Origin: SAR116 cluster bacterium AG-447-A06
GTDB taxonomy: Bacteria; Pseudomonadota; Alphaproteobacteria; Puniceispirillales; Puniceispirillaceae
Direction of reading: 5' to 3'
DNA: 64,000 bases
NCBI GenBank assembly: GCA_003212345.1
Contig: QCPZ01000005.1
Location: forward strand, 20,614-84,613
In this document: one piece after another, positions 27,729 through 38,112 of the stretch
Layout of the letters: every line of letters begins with the position of its first letter
How positions within the stretch are numbered: position 1 is the first letter of the stretch
Notes under the pieces: model-generated
What the model was told of the DNA's origin: nothing
Database searches by the model: none
The model's input: the letters and a program-made list of their open reading frames with translations, nothing else
Position numbers and translations under genes: made by a program

Positions 27729-28643
27729 CTAGCTGGCCCGTGGGGACTGTTTTGTTAGATTCAATTTTTGGCGCACTTGATCTGGTCCAATCACAGTTGC
27801 CCCAAGCCCCTCAATAATGCCAACCGCCCGCGCAACAAGCGCTTCGTTGGTTGCAAGAACTCCCTTTTCAAGCCACAGATTATCTTCCAGCCCTACCCGG
27901 ACATGCCCACCAGCAAGCACTGAAGCGGCAACGTAGGCCATTTGATTTCGGCCAAGAGCAAAAGCACTAAATGTCCAAGTATCAGGAACATTATTCACCA
28001 TGGCCATAAAAGTGTTAAGATCATCAGGTGCGCCCCAAGGCACGCCCATACATAATTGTACAAGAACATCATCATCGAGAACCCCATCTGAAACCAGCTG
28101 TTTCGCATACCATAGATGCCCGGTATCAAAGGCTTCAACCTCTGGCTTGACGCCAAGCTCAGTAATCATACGACCCATAGCTGCCAACATGCCCGGTGTA
28201 TTTGTCATTACATAATCAGCTTCAGCAAAATTCATCGTACCGCAATCAAGTGTACAGATTTCCGGCAGGCATTCCGCAATATGAGCAACCCGGTCAGTCG
28301 CACCAACCATATCGGTTCCAGCGACAGGTGGGAGCGGATGATCAACCCCACCAAACACCATATCACCGCCCATTCCCGCGGTTAAATTCAAAACAACATC
28401 AACACCTCCATCCCGAACACGTTCGGTAACCTCTCGGTAATATGACAATTTACGGCTTGGCAAACCACTATCAGGATCACGCACATGGCAATGCACCACA
28501 GCAGCCCCGGCTTTAGCAGCCGCGATGGCACTATCAGCAATCTGCTTAGCACTGCGAGGCACATGCGGGCTGCGGTCCTGTGTGCTGCCTGATCCAGTAA
28601 CGGCACAGGTGATAAAAACCTCTTTGTTCATCTGTAATGGCAT
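27729..28643 (-). CDS. Beta-keto acid cleavage enzyme (BKACE; 3-dehydrocarnitine cleavage, CdhC-like)
   Basis: ITCAVTG, HCHVRDP, TLDCGTMNF, RVGLEDN; ATG 28643 behind GGAGG. Confidence 0.88.
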   Translation of the reverse strand: MPLQMNKEVFITCAVTGSGSTQDRSPHVPRSAKQIADSAIAAAKAGAAVVHCHVRDPDSGLPSRKLSYYREVTERVRDGGVDVVLNLTAGMGGDMVFGGVDHPLPPVAGTDMVGATDRVAHIAECLPEICTLDCGTMNFAEADYVMTNTPGMLAAMGRMITELGVKPEVEAFDTGHLWYAKQLVSDGVLDDDVLVQLCMGVPWGAPDDLNTFMAMVNNVPDTWTFSAFALGRNQMAYVAASVLAGGHVRVGLEDNLWLEKGVLATNEALVARAVGIIEGLGATVIGPDQVRQKLNLTKQSPRAS

Positions 28644-28917
28644 GTCCACCTCCAACAAAGCTTGGTTTAGTTTAAATCAGTTTGCATCGTAACAAAGATG
28701 CCTCATCAGTCATTTATCATGCAAATTCGGACAAAATTACCAAAAATGCAAAATAACGTTGGTTCTGAATTTTTGAGTAATTTTCTGATATTTTCTCTGG
28801 AAACTAGCTTGATCCTCTCCGGACAGCTAAGGATTTGTAAGGATGGTATATTTTTGATTGACCGTTTCAAAAAAATTAAAAATTCATTTTTGGCGAGTTG
28901 GATCAAAAATCACAGCT

Positions 28918-30156
28918 CTAGCCAGAGCGCCACCAGCGTGCCAGACGTAATCGTGCCAGAACTAACCAGGCCAGCAATCCACCTGGAATCATAACCATCA
29001 AAATAGCGGTTTGGATTGGCACTATATCACCCAAAAAGCCGATCATGATTCCACCAACTGTCAAACTGCCGAATGAAACACTGGACCACCATGTCATTAC
29101 CCGCGCACGGTAATTTTCATTTACATCCAACTGAATCAAGGTTTGCGCTCCAATACCAGTTACTGTCGCGGTGAAACCAGCAAATATGAAAATTAAACTC
29201 ATCGGCAGCAGTGATCCTGTCGCGTTTAAACAGGCCGTTACAAAAAGTCCGCTTGCCATCATTGGCCATAAGCAGCGGCGGATGAAATCAGGCGATAATC
29301 TGCCAAGCCCGATCCAGATCGATGCCAACAGGGATCCAACACCGGCTGCAGCAGTTGCGGTTGCCAATGCTTGACTATCGCCGCCCAGAATTTGCCCAAC
29401 AATTGCCGGCTGAATTTCCAACACGCCCCGGACAAAAAAACTATTCAATGCGACTACGCATAAGGCGGTGAATATAATGGGAGTCTTTATGGCCACACGC
29501 CCGCCATCCCGGAGTTTCTGAAAAAACCGATCGGCATTGGGCTTTGCCTTTGGACGAAATTGTAGTGGCAGAAGAGCCAACGCAACGATCAGCGGTACAT
29601 ATAAAATCACAGCCATACAAAATGTGTTGGCAAGACCCAAAATCACAATTGCAAAACCGGCAAGGCCCGGTCCAACCACTCGCGACATATTCCATGACAC
29701 CGAACTCAAACCAATAGCACTGGCAAGGTAAGGCCGAGGGACCACAATTGAGATGAATACCAGCCTTATCGGGTGGTGCACGGCACTTAAGAAGCCCAGA
29801 GCCAGCGATGTTATCAAAAGGGTGTGCAAATTATGCATATCAAAATATTGCAGGACAAAGATTACAAAACTGACAAGCATCATCAGGGTTTTTGTGATCA
29901 GAAATGCCCGCCGCATATCCCAACTTTCAGCATAGACCGCAATGAATGGCCCAATAATGCCTACAGGCGCCATCAACGCAATCGATACAAAACTTGTCCA
30001 AAATGTTGACTCTGTGATCTGCCATGTTAGCCAGCCAAGCCCAATTTTTTGAATCCAAGTTCCAAGTAATGACATTGTGTTGGTCAAAAAATAGGCCACG
30101 AAGGGGCGGATGGTTAATGCATTCATCTGTTCCGTCATGTTGTTTTTACCGCTCAC
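28918..30156 (-). CDS. MFS transporter
   Basis: About 12 hydrophobic segments; GTWIQKIGLGWL, RVVGPGLAG, YRARVM. Confidence 0.85.
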   Translation of the reverse strand: MSGKNNMTEQMNALTIRPFVAYFLTNTMSLLGTWIQKIGLGWLTWQITESTFWTSFVSIALMAPVGIIGPFIAVYAESWDMRRAFLITKTLMMLVSFVIFVLQYFDMHNLHTLLITSLALGFLSAVHHPIRLVFISIVVPRPYLASAIGLSSVSWNMSRVVGPGLAGFAIVILGLANTFCMAVILYVPLIVALALLPLQFRPKAKPNADRFFQKLRDGGRVAIKTPIIFTALCVVALNSFFVRGVLEIQPAIVGQILGGDSQALATATAAAGVGSLLASIWIGLGRLSPDFIRRCLWPMMASGLFVTACLNATGSLLPMSLIFIFAGFTATVTGIGAQTLIQLDVNENYRARVMTWWSSVSFGSLTVGGIMIGFLGDIVPIQTAILMVMIPGGLLAWLVLARLRLARWWRSG

Positions 30157-31011
30157 CTAAATGCTCTCGAGAAAGCTGGAAACCACCGCGTTAAACTGAG
30201 GCACATCTTCACAATAAGGGGCATGGCCCACACCAGCCAGTTGAATATGTCTCGCGTCGGGCAAGCAAGCCCGGAGAGCGGCACCAGCGGTTGCTGAGAC
30301 GACGATATCCATCTCACCCGTTAAGATCATAACCGGCGCAGTAATTCTTTTGAGCAGGCTCGTTGTGTCTAGGTGATGCATGGCCGTGCCGCCCGACATA
30401 ATTCCCTCAGCCCTGACATCGCCCGCTACCGAAGCCAGGAAGGAAAAAATTTCTGGAGCAATATCTCGAGCCAGCATTTTTTGGATCCGTAGTCTGCCAT
30501 AAGCTGCATCATCCATCGTCTCGCGCTGACGGAGTCGTTCCAACACTGCTTCATCCAAGGGGGTGCCAGATGGGTGGGCATGCCCTTTGTGGGTGCAAGA
30601 CAGGACTAAACCTGCACATAAATCAGGATGTTTAGAAGCAATTATTTGTGCCTGCATGCCACCCATCGAATGCCCAATTATAACCGCCGGACCCAAATTA
30701 AGATTTCTAATCAGACCTGCAGTTTCATTGGCAATTGCTGCCATACTTTCACCGACAACATCCGACTCACCAAATCCTGGCGCATCAATGGCAATTACAA
30801 CATGTTCGTTAAAATAGGAAATCTGTTGGGACCAGCTTTTACTACTTCCATTAAAACCATGAAGGAAAACCAATGCAGGTTTAAATCTTTCATTGCCCGA
30901 AACTTTTAGGCCAGCATCACTCATACGATAAGAGGTTACGGCCCCACTTTTTTTATCAACATACAGTTTTGAGGGCGGCAAAAACCTCAAAGCATCCTGA
31001 AAGGAGCCCAT
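30157..31011 (-). CDS. Alpha/beta fold hydrolase
   Basis: FLHGFNG, DAPGFGES, GHSMGG nucleophile elbow, GEMD, GHAP. Confidence 0.85.
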   Translation of the reverse strand: MGSFQDALRFLPPSKLYVDKKSGAVTSYRMSDAGLKVSGNERFKPALVFLHGFNGSSKSWSQQISYFNEHVVIAIDAPGFGESDVVGESMAAIANETAGLIRNLNLGPAVIIGHSMGGMQAQIIASKHPDLCAGLVLSCTHKGHAHPSGTPLDEAVLERLRQRETMDDAAYGRLRIQKMLARDIAPEIFSFLASVAGDVRAEGIMSGGTAMHHLDTTSLLKRITAPVMILTGEMDIVVSATAGAALRACLPDARHIQLAGVGHAPYCEDVPQFNAVVSSFLESI

Positions 31012-31140
31012 GCTGAATCCCTTCTCGAATGGAATACAAACTTGAAATATCACTTGTAGACAAATCTGGCGAAGTGTAACAGAGTAAATCGTTCGGCTCG
31101 TGGATTGCCGTATAAGAAATTCAATAAAAGGGAGAGTTAA

Positions 31141-32721
31141 ATGAAATTTTCACGATTTTTAGCGGTCAGCATTGCAGCGATAGGCTTGTCAGTCTCTGCA
31201 AACGCAGCTGACCTTCGTGTTGGTTTAAAGTCGGAGCCAAGTTCTATAGATCCTCATTATCATAACCTCGGCCCCAATAATGGGTTTGCAACTCATATTT
31301 TTGGAACTTTGGTTGGAAGTGATGAAAACCAGCAACATTACCCAGACCTTGCTACGTCCTGGAAACCAGTTAATGACACCACTTGGGAATTTAAACTTCG
31401 TAAAGGTGTAAAATGGCATGATGGAAGTTCATTCAGCGCCGATGATGTTATGTTCACTGTTGAGCGCGCTCAGAATGTACCTAACTCACCCTCAAGCTTT
31501 GTGACTTACTTAAAGGGCAAGACTTTCAAAAAGATTGACTCCCACACAATTCATGTTGTCACAGCAAAACCTTACCCTTTGATGCCAAATGACCTTAGCA
31601 CGGTGAAAATAATTTCTGCAAAGGCCGGCAAGGGCGCAAGCACTGAAGATTACAATAGCGGCAAAGCAACAGTCGGAACTGGCCCCTACAAATTTATCGA
31701 GTGGGTGCCTGGTGACCGCATAGTGCTTGAGCGGAACGATGCTTATCATGGCACTAAAGCCGCGTTTGATAAGGTGACTTTTAAGCCAATCAAGGCAGGA
31801 CCGGCGCGTATCTCGGCCCTTCTAGCTGGAGATGTTGACTTTATTGACAATGTTCCACCCCTTGATGTCGCTAGACTTAAAAAAGATAAGAACGTTCAGT
31901 TAAGTAGTGGGCCATCCAATCGTGTTATTTATTTACACATGGACCAGTTCCGGGAAAATTCCCCACACATAACAGCAAAAGACGGTAGCCCAATCAAAAA
32001 CCCATTAATGGATGTGCGGGTTCGAAAAGCTATATCACTATCAATTAACCGTGATGCAATCGTATCACGTGTTATGGAAGGTATAGCCGTCAAGGCAGGG
32101 CAGCTCTTACCAGCAGGGTTTCATGGTGTCTCTGACAATATGAAACCAGACCCATACGACACAAAGATGGCTAAAAAGCTGATGGCTGATGCAGGCTATC
32201 CCGATGGATTTAAAATGACTATCCATGGGCCAAACGATCGTTACATTAACGACGCAAAGATTGCCGAAGCCCTCGCACAAATGCTAAACCGTGTCGGTAT
32301 TGACGCAAGCGTCGAAACTATGCCGAAAGCTGTCTACTTCAAACGTGCCTCTCGGGGCGGCCCAAACAAATCACCTGAGTTCAGTTTTATGCTTCTTGGG
32401 TGGGGTGCAGGTTCCGGTGAAGCTTCTTCTCCACTCAAAGCCCTTCTTCATACCTATGACAAATCAAAAGGTATGGGGGCAGCTAACCGGGGACGCCACA
32501 CAGACGCCAAAGTCGATGCCCTTATCCAAAAAGCGTTGGCGACTGTTGATGCTGATGCAAGAGGCAAGCTGCTTGCAGAGGCAACTGAAAAGGCCGTTGG
32601 AGAAAATTACGGTGTGATCCCAATGCACTATCAGGTCAATACTTGGGCTGCAAAGAAAGGTTATAGTTACTTGCCGCGTACTGATGAGCGGACAATCGTA
32701 ACTGGCCTGTCTGGCAGCTAA
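31141..32721 (+). CDS. Peptide/nickel-family ABC transporter substrate-binding protein (SBP family 5)
   Basis: Signal peptide; DLATSW, WEFKLRKGVKWHDG, GTGPYKF, VRKAIS. Confidence 0.9.
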   Translation: MKFSRFLAVSIAAIGLSVSANAADLRVGLKSEPSSIDPHYHNLGPNNGFATHIFGTLVGSDENQQHYPDLATSWKPVNDTTWEFKLRKGVKWHDGSSFSADDVMFTVERAQNVPNSPSSFVTYLKGKTFKKIDSHTIHVVTAKPYPLMPNDLSTVKIISAKAGKGASTEDYNSGKATVGTGPYKFIEWVPGDRIVLERNDAYHGTKAAFDKVTFKPIKAGPARISALLAGDVDFIDNVPPLDVARLKKDKNVQLSSGPSNRVIYLHMDQFRENSPHITAKDGSPIKNPLMDVRVRKAISLSINRDAIVSRVMEGIAVKAGQLLPAGFHGVSDNMKPDPYDTKMAKKLMADAGYPDGFKMTIHGPNDRYINDAKIAEALAQMLNRVGIDASVETMPKAVYFKRASRGGPNKSPEFSFMLLGWGAGSGEASSPLKALLHTYDKSKGMGAANRGRHTDAKVDALIQKALATVDADARGKLLAEATEKAVGENYGVIPMHYQVNTWAAKKGYSYLPRTDERTIVTGLSGS

Positions 32722-32741
32722 AGAAAACGACAAAAACATTA

Positions 32742-32781
32742 ATGCCTCACATTGCTTTGAAGAAAATGCAGTGTGAGGCAT
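32742..32781 (+). terminator. Stem-loop after the SBP gene (attenuating terminator or mRNA stabiliser)
   Basis: ATGCCTCACATTGC ... GCAGTGTGAGGCAT inverted repeat followed by AATTTTT. Confidence 0.65.
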
Positions 32782-32804
32782 AATTTTTCCTTTAGGATCG
32801 AAAA

Positions 32805-33779
32805 ATGACAGCATTCATTCTCCGACGATCACTACAGAGCATTATTGTACTTTTCGTAATGTCAGTAATAGTCTTTGTTGGCGTGAATCTTGTCGGTGAC
32901 CCTGTTGACATGTTGATCAACCCAGAATCCGATCAAGCTGAAATTGATCGAGTTATTCGTGATCTTGGGCTTGATCGACCTGTTTCAGAGCAGTATTGGT
33001 ATTTTGTTGTAAATGCATTCCAAGGTGACCTTGGACGCTCATTCATTTTTGGAGAGCCCGCGCTGAAATTAATTATTCAACGCATGCCTGCAACGATGGA
33101 ACTAGCATTGTTTTCACTTTTAATGGCTGTTGTATTTGGGATTCCCCTCGGAATATACGCTGGATTAAAACCAAACAGTAAAGTGAGCAAAACGATAATG
33201 GCTGGATCTATACTGGGATTCTCAATGCCAACTTTCTGGGTTGGCATTATATTGATTATGTTTTTTTCTGTAAGCCTTGGTTGGCTGCCATCAACTGGGC
33301 GTGGAGAAGTTGCCACATATTTGGGCATTACAAGTTCTATTTTCACGCTTGACGGACTTTCACATATCTTTTTACCGGCATTCAATTTAGCTTTATTTAA
33401 GCTATCATCAGTGATCCGGTTGGCCCGAGCGGGAACACGAGAAGTAATTCTCCAAGACTATATAAAATTTGCACGCGCAAAAGGCGTGGCCGAATCTCGG
33501 GTAGTTCGTGTTCATCTTTTGAAAAACATTATGATACCCGTTATTACAATCATCGGCTTGGAATTTGGTTCACTGATAGCGTTTTCGACTGTCACTGAAA
33601 CGGTATTTGCCTGGCCTGGAATGGGCAAGCTCATCATTGACTCAATTTATAATCTCGACCGACCAGTTGTGGTAGCTTATCTTATGATTATTGTGGTAAT
33701 CTTTGTTACCCTCAACTTAATTGTTGATATACTTTATTCAGTTCTTGACCCACGCGTCAGAATAAAGGGGGTAAGTTAA
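32805..33779 (+). CDS. Peptide ABC transporter permease (DppB-like)
   Basis: GDLGRS, PATMEL, DYIKFARAKG, TETVFAWPGMG. Confidence 0.9.
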   Translation: MTAFILRRSLQSIIVLFVMSVIVFVGVNLVGDPVDMLINPESDQAEIDRVIRDLGLDRPVSEQYWYFVVNAFQGDLGRSFIFGEPALKLIIQRMPATMELALFSLLMAVVFGIPLGIYAGLKPNSKVSKTIMAGSILGFSMPTFWVGIILIMFFSVSLGWLPSTGRGEVATYLGITSSIFTLDGLSHIFLPAFNLALFKLSSVIRLARAGTREVILQDYIKFARAKGVAESRVVRVHLLKNIMIPVITIIGLEFGSLIAFSTVTETVFAWPGMGKLIIDSIYNLDRPVVVAYLMIIVVIFVTLNLIVDILYSVLDPRVRIKGVS

Positions 33780-34687
33780 TGAGTGCACCCTCACAAACGC
33801 AGAATGCAAGCCTTCCAGCATCAGGTTTAAGAAAATTTTGGTCGGATTTCTCAGAGAGTCCCACTGCTGTTATCGCGCTTTTCGTCTTTCTGCTAATTTT
33901 GTTCATCGCCATATTCGCACCTTGGGTCTCACCATCAGACCCCTATGACTTAACCAGCGTTGACATAATGAATAGTCGCTTGCCACCAGGTTCTGAAGAT
34001 TTTTCAGGAAACTTTTATTTATTGGGGACAGACGGTGCTGGCAGAGACATGCTTTCTGCTATCTTTTATGGTCTCCGAGTAAGCTTGGGAGTTGGAGCAC
34101 TCTCTGGATTTGTTGCCCTCATAATTGGAGCTGCATTGGGCTTGTCTGCAGCATATTTTGGTGGCCGGTTTGAAACTATCACGATGCGAATCGTAGATAT
34201 TCAATTAAGTTTTCCATCTATTTTAATGGCGCTAATTATTTTAGCCGCTTTCGGTAAAGGTGTTGAAAAAACAATAATAGCACTAATTTTAGTCCAATGG
34301 GCCTATTATGCCAGAGCTGCGAGAGCCAGCGCTTTGGTTGAAAAAAACAAAGAATACGTCGAAGCCGCACATTGTCTTGCGTTAGGCAACAAACGCATAA
34401 TTTTAAGCCATATTGCGCCAAATTGTATGGCGCCATTGATCGTGGTTGGCACTTTACAAACTGCGCACGCAATCTCACTCGAGGCCACTCTCAGTTTTTT
34501 GGGTTTGGGGCTGCCAATCACAGAGCCATCTCTCGGCCTTTTGATCGGAAATGGCTTTGAGTATATGTATTCTGGTGATTTTTGGATAAGTATTTTTCCT
34601 GGCGTTGCCCTCCTGATCACTATTGTTTCAATAAACTTAGTTGGTGACCAACTGCGTGACATGTTCAACCCTCGCCTACAAAAATGA
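33779..34687 (+). CDS. Peptide ABC transporter permease (DppC-like)
   Basis: LGTDGAGRD, EYVEAA, EATLSFLGLG, GDQLRD. Confidence 0.9.
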   Translation: MSAPSQTQNASLPASGLRKFWSDFSESPTAVIALFVFLLILFIAIFAPWVSPSDPYDLTSVDIMNSRLPPGSEDFSGNFYLLGTDGAGRDMLSAIFYGLRVSLGVGALSGFVALIIGAALGLSAAYFGGRFETITMRIVDIQLSFPSILMALIILAAFGKGVEKTIIALILVQWAYYARAARASALVEKNKEYVEAAHCLALGNKRIILSHIAPNCMAPLIVVGTLQTAHAISLEATLSFLGLGLPITEPSLGLLIGNGFEYMYSGDFWISIFPGVALLITIVSINLVGDQLRDMFNPRLQK

Positions 34688-35676
34688 GACAGACCGTGGA
34701 ACCAATTTTAGAAATTAGCGACCTACAAACGCATTTTTTCACGAAGGCCGGAATTCTGCGAGCTGTGGATGGTGTTAGTTTTGAAATTGGGGCCGGTGAG
34801 ATCGTGGGTCTTGTTGGTGAGTCTGGCTCAGGAAAGTCAATAACTGGATTTTCTATAATTGGTTTAGTGGACTCCCCTGGAGAAATAATTGGCGGCACCA
34901 TCAAATTCAAAGGCGAAGATTTAAACGACTTGTCAAATGAACAAATGCAGCACGTTCGTGGCAATAGAATTGCGATGATATTTCAAGATCCAATGATGAC
35001 GCTAAACCCTGTATTACGTATCGAAACACAGATGATTGAGGCAATTCAAGCGCACGACAACAAAATTAGCCGAGAGGATGCTCGTATTCGATCGCGCGAT
35101 GCTCTTGGGCTTGTGGGGATATCTTCACCAGATGAGAGGCTTCGAGCCTATCCCCACCAATTTTCGGGAGGCATGCGCCAACGCGTTTCAATCGCAATAG
35201 CTATGTTGAACCGCCCCGACTTGATAATTGCTGATGAGCCAACGACCGCTCTGGATGTTACCATTCAGGGCCAAGTTATTAGTGAAATGCAAAAGCTATG
35301 TCGCGAGACAAAGACTGCTTTGCTATGGATTACTCATGATCTCGCCGTTATAGCCGGCATCGCAGACCGAGTTTGCGTTATGTACGCAGGGAGAATAGTT
35401 GAACAAGGGTTGGTTGCCAATACAATTGCCAATCCCCTGCACCCCTATACTCGAGGGTTGATGGGAAGTGTACCGAGCCAAAATCAACGCGGCAAACCGT
35501 TGCAACAAATCAACGGTATGGTTCCCTCCATGCTCAGCCTTCCACGAGGATGCGCCTTCCAAAATCGTTGTAGCTATGTAACAGAAAAATGCTCAAGTGG
35601 ACGACCAGACATCACACACCTAAGCGATGAGAGACAAGTTCGCTGTTTTAACGTTTCCGAGGTGCCAAAATTATGA
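34684..35676 (+). CDS. Peptide ABC transporter ATP-binding protein (DppD-like)
   Basis: [33 protein letters not shown]-terminal Cys cluster. Confidence 0.92.
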   Translation: MRQTVEPILEISDLQTHFFTKAGILRAVDGVSFEIGAGEIVGLVGESGSGKSITGFSIIGLVDSPGEIIGGTIKFKGEDLNDLSNEQMQHVRGNRIAMIFQDPMMTLNPVLRIETQMIEAIQAHDNKISREDARIRSRDALGLVGISSPDERLRAYPHQFSGGMRQRVSIAIAMLNRPDLIIADEPTTALDVTIQGQVISEMQKLCRETKTALLWITHDLAVIAGIADRVCVMYAGRIVEQGLVANTIANPLHPYTRGLMGSVPSQNQRGKPLQQINGMVPSMLSLPRGCAFQNRCSYVTEKCSSGRPDITHLSDERQVRCFNVSEVPKL

Positions 35677-36665
35677 TGCCAATTTTAAAGGTAGAAAACC
35701 TCTCAAAAGATTTTGTGAAGTCATTAGACCTCGTGGCTAAAGGTTTGAACAAGATTGGACAAAATTACAAAGAAGAGATTGTCCACGCTGTTGATAGCGT
35801 AAATTTTTCAATTTTTAAGGGTGAAATCGTTGGCGTGGTTGGAGAGTCAGGGTGTGGAAAATCCACTCTTGGGAGAATGGTTGCGGGTATTCTTCAACCT
35901 ACTGAAGGAAGGGTTGAGTTTGATACAGGTCAAGTTAAAAACAAAGAAATACCCAACGCCCTGCTGACTCAAATGATTTTTCAAGATCCGTTCTCCTCTC
36001 TCAATCCTCGCAAACGTGTTATTGACATAATCACAGAAGCACCCCTCTACCACAAGTTGATAACCAAATCCGAGAAGCGTGCATTTGCAGCAGAGATGCT
36101 GCAGCGAGTTGGTCTTGACCCTGATACATTAGAGCGTTATCCCCATCAGTTTTCTGGCGGACAAAGACAAAGGGTTGGCATTGCACGGGCGCTCGCTGTA
36201 TCCCCAGAGTTTTTAGTTTGTGATGAGTCAATTGCCGCACTGGATGTTTCAATTCAGGCCCAAATCATCAATCTGTTTGTTGAGTTGAAAGACAAATATG
36301 ACCTGACCTATCTTTTCATCAGCCATGATATTGGTGTGATTGAGCATATCTCAGACCGTGTTATCGTTATGTATTTGGGAAGAATTGTTGAGACTGCGCC
36401 AATCAAAACCTTTGTCAAACAGCCAAACCATCCCTATACCCAAGCTCTTTTAGAGGGGGTGCCGCGCCTTGAAGTTGGAAAGCGGCAGTATGAGCCGATC
36501 AGTGGAGAGATTCCATCACCCCTATCACCACCAACGGGCTGCCATTTTCACCCACGTTGTAAATCCGCAACAGCGCGATGTGAGAGAGAAAAACCTGCAT
36601 TACGGGAAATTGCCCCGGCACATTTTTCTGCGTGTCATTTGAATGATGAGACACAATCTTTGTAA
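35673..36665 (+). CDS. Peptide ABC transporter ATP-binding protein (DppF-like)
   Basis: [28 protein letters not shown]. Confidence 0.92.
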   Translation: MMPILKVENLSKDFVKSLDLVAKGLNKIGQNYKEEIVHAVDSVNFSIFKGEIVGVVGESGCGKSTLGRMVAGILQPTEGRVEFDTGQVKNKEIPNALLTQMIFQDPFSSLNPRKRVIDIITEAPLYHKLITKSEKRAFAAEMLQRVGLDPDTLERYPHQFSGGQRQRVGIARALAVSPEFLVCDESIAALDVSIQAQIINLFVELKDKYDLTYLFISHDIGVIEHISDRVIVMYLGRIVETAPIKTFVKQPNHPYTQALLEGVPRLEVGKRQYEPISGEIPSPLSPPTGCHFHPRCKSATARCEREKPALREIAPAHFSACHLNDETQSL

Positions 36666-37943
36666 TCAGGATACTTGCATTGTCTTATTTGCCAGACCCA
36701 TTACGCAACCGGTTAATACGGTTGCGCCCTTCGCAATAGCTTCAGAGCTGGTATACTCTTCCGGGCAGTGACTCAACCCATCACGGCAAGGAATGAAAAT
36801 CATTGCCGCTGGAGCAATTCTGGACAGATGCGCGGTATCATGGCCTGCCCCACTTGATATATTAATCGCAGAGAGACCATTTGCTTTCGCCGACTCCTCT
36901 AACATTGTCATCAAATTACCATTCATTGGTGCTACGTCTGCTGCGGCAAGCTGTTGAACCGTGACCCTACAATTACGTGTTTTGGCAGCCTGATCACAAG
37001 CCCGTTCAAATGCCTCAAAAAATGAAACTCGAGCGCGGGCATTCACGGCGCGTAAATCAAGGGTCATTTCAACCTGCCCAGGCACTATGGCAGCGCCATT
37101 TGGAAAAACGTCGATTTTCCCAATAGTAGCAACGAAATGCTGATTTTCATCGCGAGCAATCTCGCTGGCTAATGCGCTGGTCTTTTGAATAATATCAGCT
37201 GCAGCCACCAATGCATCTTGCCGTTCGGCCATGCTTGTTGTGCCACTGTGGCCAGCCTGACCAATGATTGAAACACCATAGCGGTAAATCCCCGGTATGG
37301 CAGTCACAATACCTATATCTTGGCCATTGCTATCTAAAATTTTAGCTTGCTCAATGTGAAGCTCGAGGCATGCCTTTATCTGACTGGCATCTGAGCGCGG
37401 TCCATCACTTGCTTGACCGCTTCCGCCAATGCGGGATATCTCAACACCAAGGCTGCGGCCATCAGAGTCAATTCTCTCGAGCATTTCAGATGTGATTAGT
37501 CCAGCCATATGCCGGCTACCGAGACAAGACGTACCCCAGACATTCAACTCTTCGCCAAGATAATCGACAATTTCTAAATCAAATGGCAGTTCTATCCTTT
37601 TTTCATTCAGATAATGCACCACCTCCAACGCGGCAACCACACCTGCAATCCCATCAAAACGGCCACCTGCTGGCACAGTATCAATATGCGATCCGATAAT
37701 AACTTTTCCAGCGTTATCAACATTCTGCTTACCCTTGCGAACGCCAATCAAATTTCCACCAGTATCAATATGGCAAGAAAGCCCAGCAGCCAAGAACGTT
37801 TTACGTAGCCACTCCCGCCCCCGATCAAATTCGGGGCTGAACACGAGGCGGGTATGCGGACGGTCAGGTTCAGTTATGGTAGCAAGATGGTCAACTGCGC
37901 TGGTAATCCGCGATATCTGGTCTGGGGCTGTAATTTTCGTCAT
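36666..37943 (-). CDS. M20 Zn amidohydrolase, N-carbamoyl-L-amino acid/allantoate amidohydrolase family
   Basis: GSHIDTV, GRFDGIAG, EE, ELHIEQ, GHSGT, SGAGHD, SHCPEE. Confidence 0.88.
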   Translation of the reverse strand: MTKITAPDQISRITSAVDHLATITEPDRPHTRLVFSPEFDRGREWLRKTFLAAGLSCHIDTGGNLIGVRKGKQNVDNAGKVIIGSHIDTVPAGGRFDGIAGVVAALEVVHYLNEKRIELPFDLEIVDYLGEELNVWGTSCLGSRHMAGLITSEMLERIDSDGRSLGVEISRIGGSGQASDGPRSDASQIKACLELHIEQAKILDSNGQDIGIVTAIPGIYRYGVSIIGQAGHSGTTSMAERQDALVAAADIIQKTSALASEIARDENQHFVATIGKIDVFPNGAAIVPGQVEMTLDLRAVNARARVSFFEAFERACDQAAKTRNCRVTVQQLAAADVAPMNGNLMTMLEESAKANGLSAINISSGAGHDTAHLSRIAPAAMIFIPCRDGLSHCPEEYTSSEAIAKGATVLTGCVMGLANKTMQVS

Positions 37944-38112
37944 ATTAAATCATCATCTATGGTTTTATTATGGTGATCAACAGCGTACCCTTTGCACTCG
38001 GATGTTGTCGAGCCGAACATGAACAGTTTCTGCAGTAAATGGTTGATCATGAATTGTAATCGATCATACCCTAGAGATCTCGTACTCGTAAGATCGTTGT
38101 CAGGAGATACGG

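Noticed and set aside
28698-28994. Short ORFs (98 aa plus strand, 66 aa minus strand) upstream of the carnitine operon
   Set aside because: AT-rich promoter-like sequence, overlap with the MFS 3' end, and no motif
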